From a virus (lineage: Duplodnaviria; Caudoviricetes), in IMG/VR virus record IMGVR_UViG_3300037484_001420, positions 5,811-69,810 of that record: a DNA stretch of 64,000 nucleotides. One strand, written 5' to 3'. The position numbers were made by a program, and so were the translations under genes. Within the stretch, counting starts at the first letter, position 1; each line of letters starts with the position of its first letter. Under the pieces are notes generated by a model. The model was not told where the DNA came from. It ran no database searches and saw nothing but the letters and a program-made list of their open reading frames with translations. Below, one piece after another: positions 63,497-64,000 of this stretch.

Positions 63497-63526
63497 AATG
63501 TAGCACGGACCCCGCGCCAGCGTCTG
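63497..63526 (-). promoter_or_regulatory. Promoter CAGACG-N18-TACATT
   Basis: ATG 63488 is 8 nt downstream; similar to CAGACG..TATTCT upstream of 1792. Confidence 0.5.
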
Positions 63527-63590
63527 GTTTTATACCCGCGAAAAAGCCTCCTCCACCATCTCGAAAAGCCAAGTGCGATACTTCTCTCTC

Positions 63591-63727
63591 GCCGCCTCCG
63601 ACCACGCCGCCTCCGCCGCCGCCACCGCCGCCGCCTCCGCCGCCGCCACCGCCGCCGCCGCCGCCGCCTGCGCGTCCGCTTCCGCCTCCGGTACCCGCCG
63701 CGGTCAAACCCAAGCCGCCGCTGCCGC
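63591..63727. repeat. (CCG)n-rich low-complexity tract
   Basis: Imperfect CCGCCG repeats; reads as poly-Ala on one - strand frame. Confidence 0.85.
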
Positions 63728-63754
63728 CGAAAAAGCCGAAGGTCTAGGGCTCTC

Positions 63755-63988
63755 TTACATCACTCGAAACCGCAACAAATCCATCGTCCTGAGCCCGCCG
63801 TTTTTCTCGTACACGTCGTCGACGAGCACCTCGAGCCGCGTCGTCCCGTTGACGAGCAGCTCGATCACGTAACTCGTCTTCTTCTTCTCCTCGCGCAGCA
63901 CCTCGCACGATGCCGCCGCGAGTTTGTCCCGAGCCATCTCGAGCAGCTTGCGCGTTTCGTCACGGTGCATCGCGACGAGCGGCCGCAC
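63755..63988 (-). CDS. Hypothetical protein, possibly 5'-truncated
   Basis: 77 aa; codon and motif usage differ from the rest of the window. Confidence 0.45.
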   Translation of the reverse strand: MRPLVAMHRDETRKLLEMARDKLAAASCEVLREEKKKTSYVIELLVNGTTRLEVLVDDVYEKNGGLRTMDLLRFRVM

Positions 63989-64000
63989 GTCGGGGTCCTC

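Noticed and set aside
62920-63747. Poly-Pro (+) and poly-Gly (-) ORFs ending PKKPKV (NLS-like)
   Set aside because: They are frame readings of the (CCG)n tract. The supported gene starts at ATG 63488 on the - strand after its own promoter.
63530-63988. Stop-codon reassignment
   Set aside because: The in-frame TAA and TGA are local. All well-supported genes end normally at TAA, TAG or TGA, and none is interrupted.
1-64000. CRISPR array or cas operon
   Set aside because: No regularly spaced direct repeats were seen. The Cas4-like nuclease sits with the SSB-like gene and polA, as is usual for phage recombination nucleases.

Overview
The window is almost entirely one tailed dsDNA phage (podovirus-like, GC about 58-60% by eye) in two convergent arms. 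The + arm (1-44.2 kb) holds a probable small terminase, small early genes, a serine recombinase, large terminase, portal and scaffold. It continues with a five-gene glycosylation block (three glycosyltransferase-like genes plus gmd and fcl for GDP-L-fucose), a Cys-rich major capsid protein, receptor-binding and lysis genes, short-tail proteins, ejection proteins and a 2862-aa polyvalent protein. The - arm (44.2-64 kb) holds a metallophosphoesterase, RuvC-like resolvase, sigma factor, primase-helicase, family A DNA polymerase, SprT-like protease, SSB-like protein, Cas4-like nuclease, sulfotransferase, SF2 helicase, Rad50/SMC-like ATPase and nucleotide-pool enzymes. The most notable observations are: (1) the giant protein is an array of effector modules separated by a repeated Q-[FY]-[KA]-P motif and carries its own HExxH peptidase motif, suggesting a self-processing injected polyprotein; (2) a fucosylation pathway sits between scaffold and capsid genes; (3) the palindrome GTTTAAAC occurs at least 13 times while GATC is almost absent; (4) a non-canonical tRNA-like RNA and a structured capsid mRNA leader; (5) a conserved promoter family, often 5-9 nt upstream of SD-less start codons. 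All family assignments come from motifs recognised by eye; no database searches or computed counts were run.
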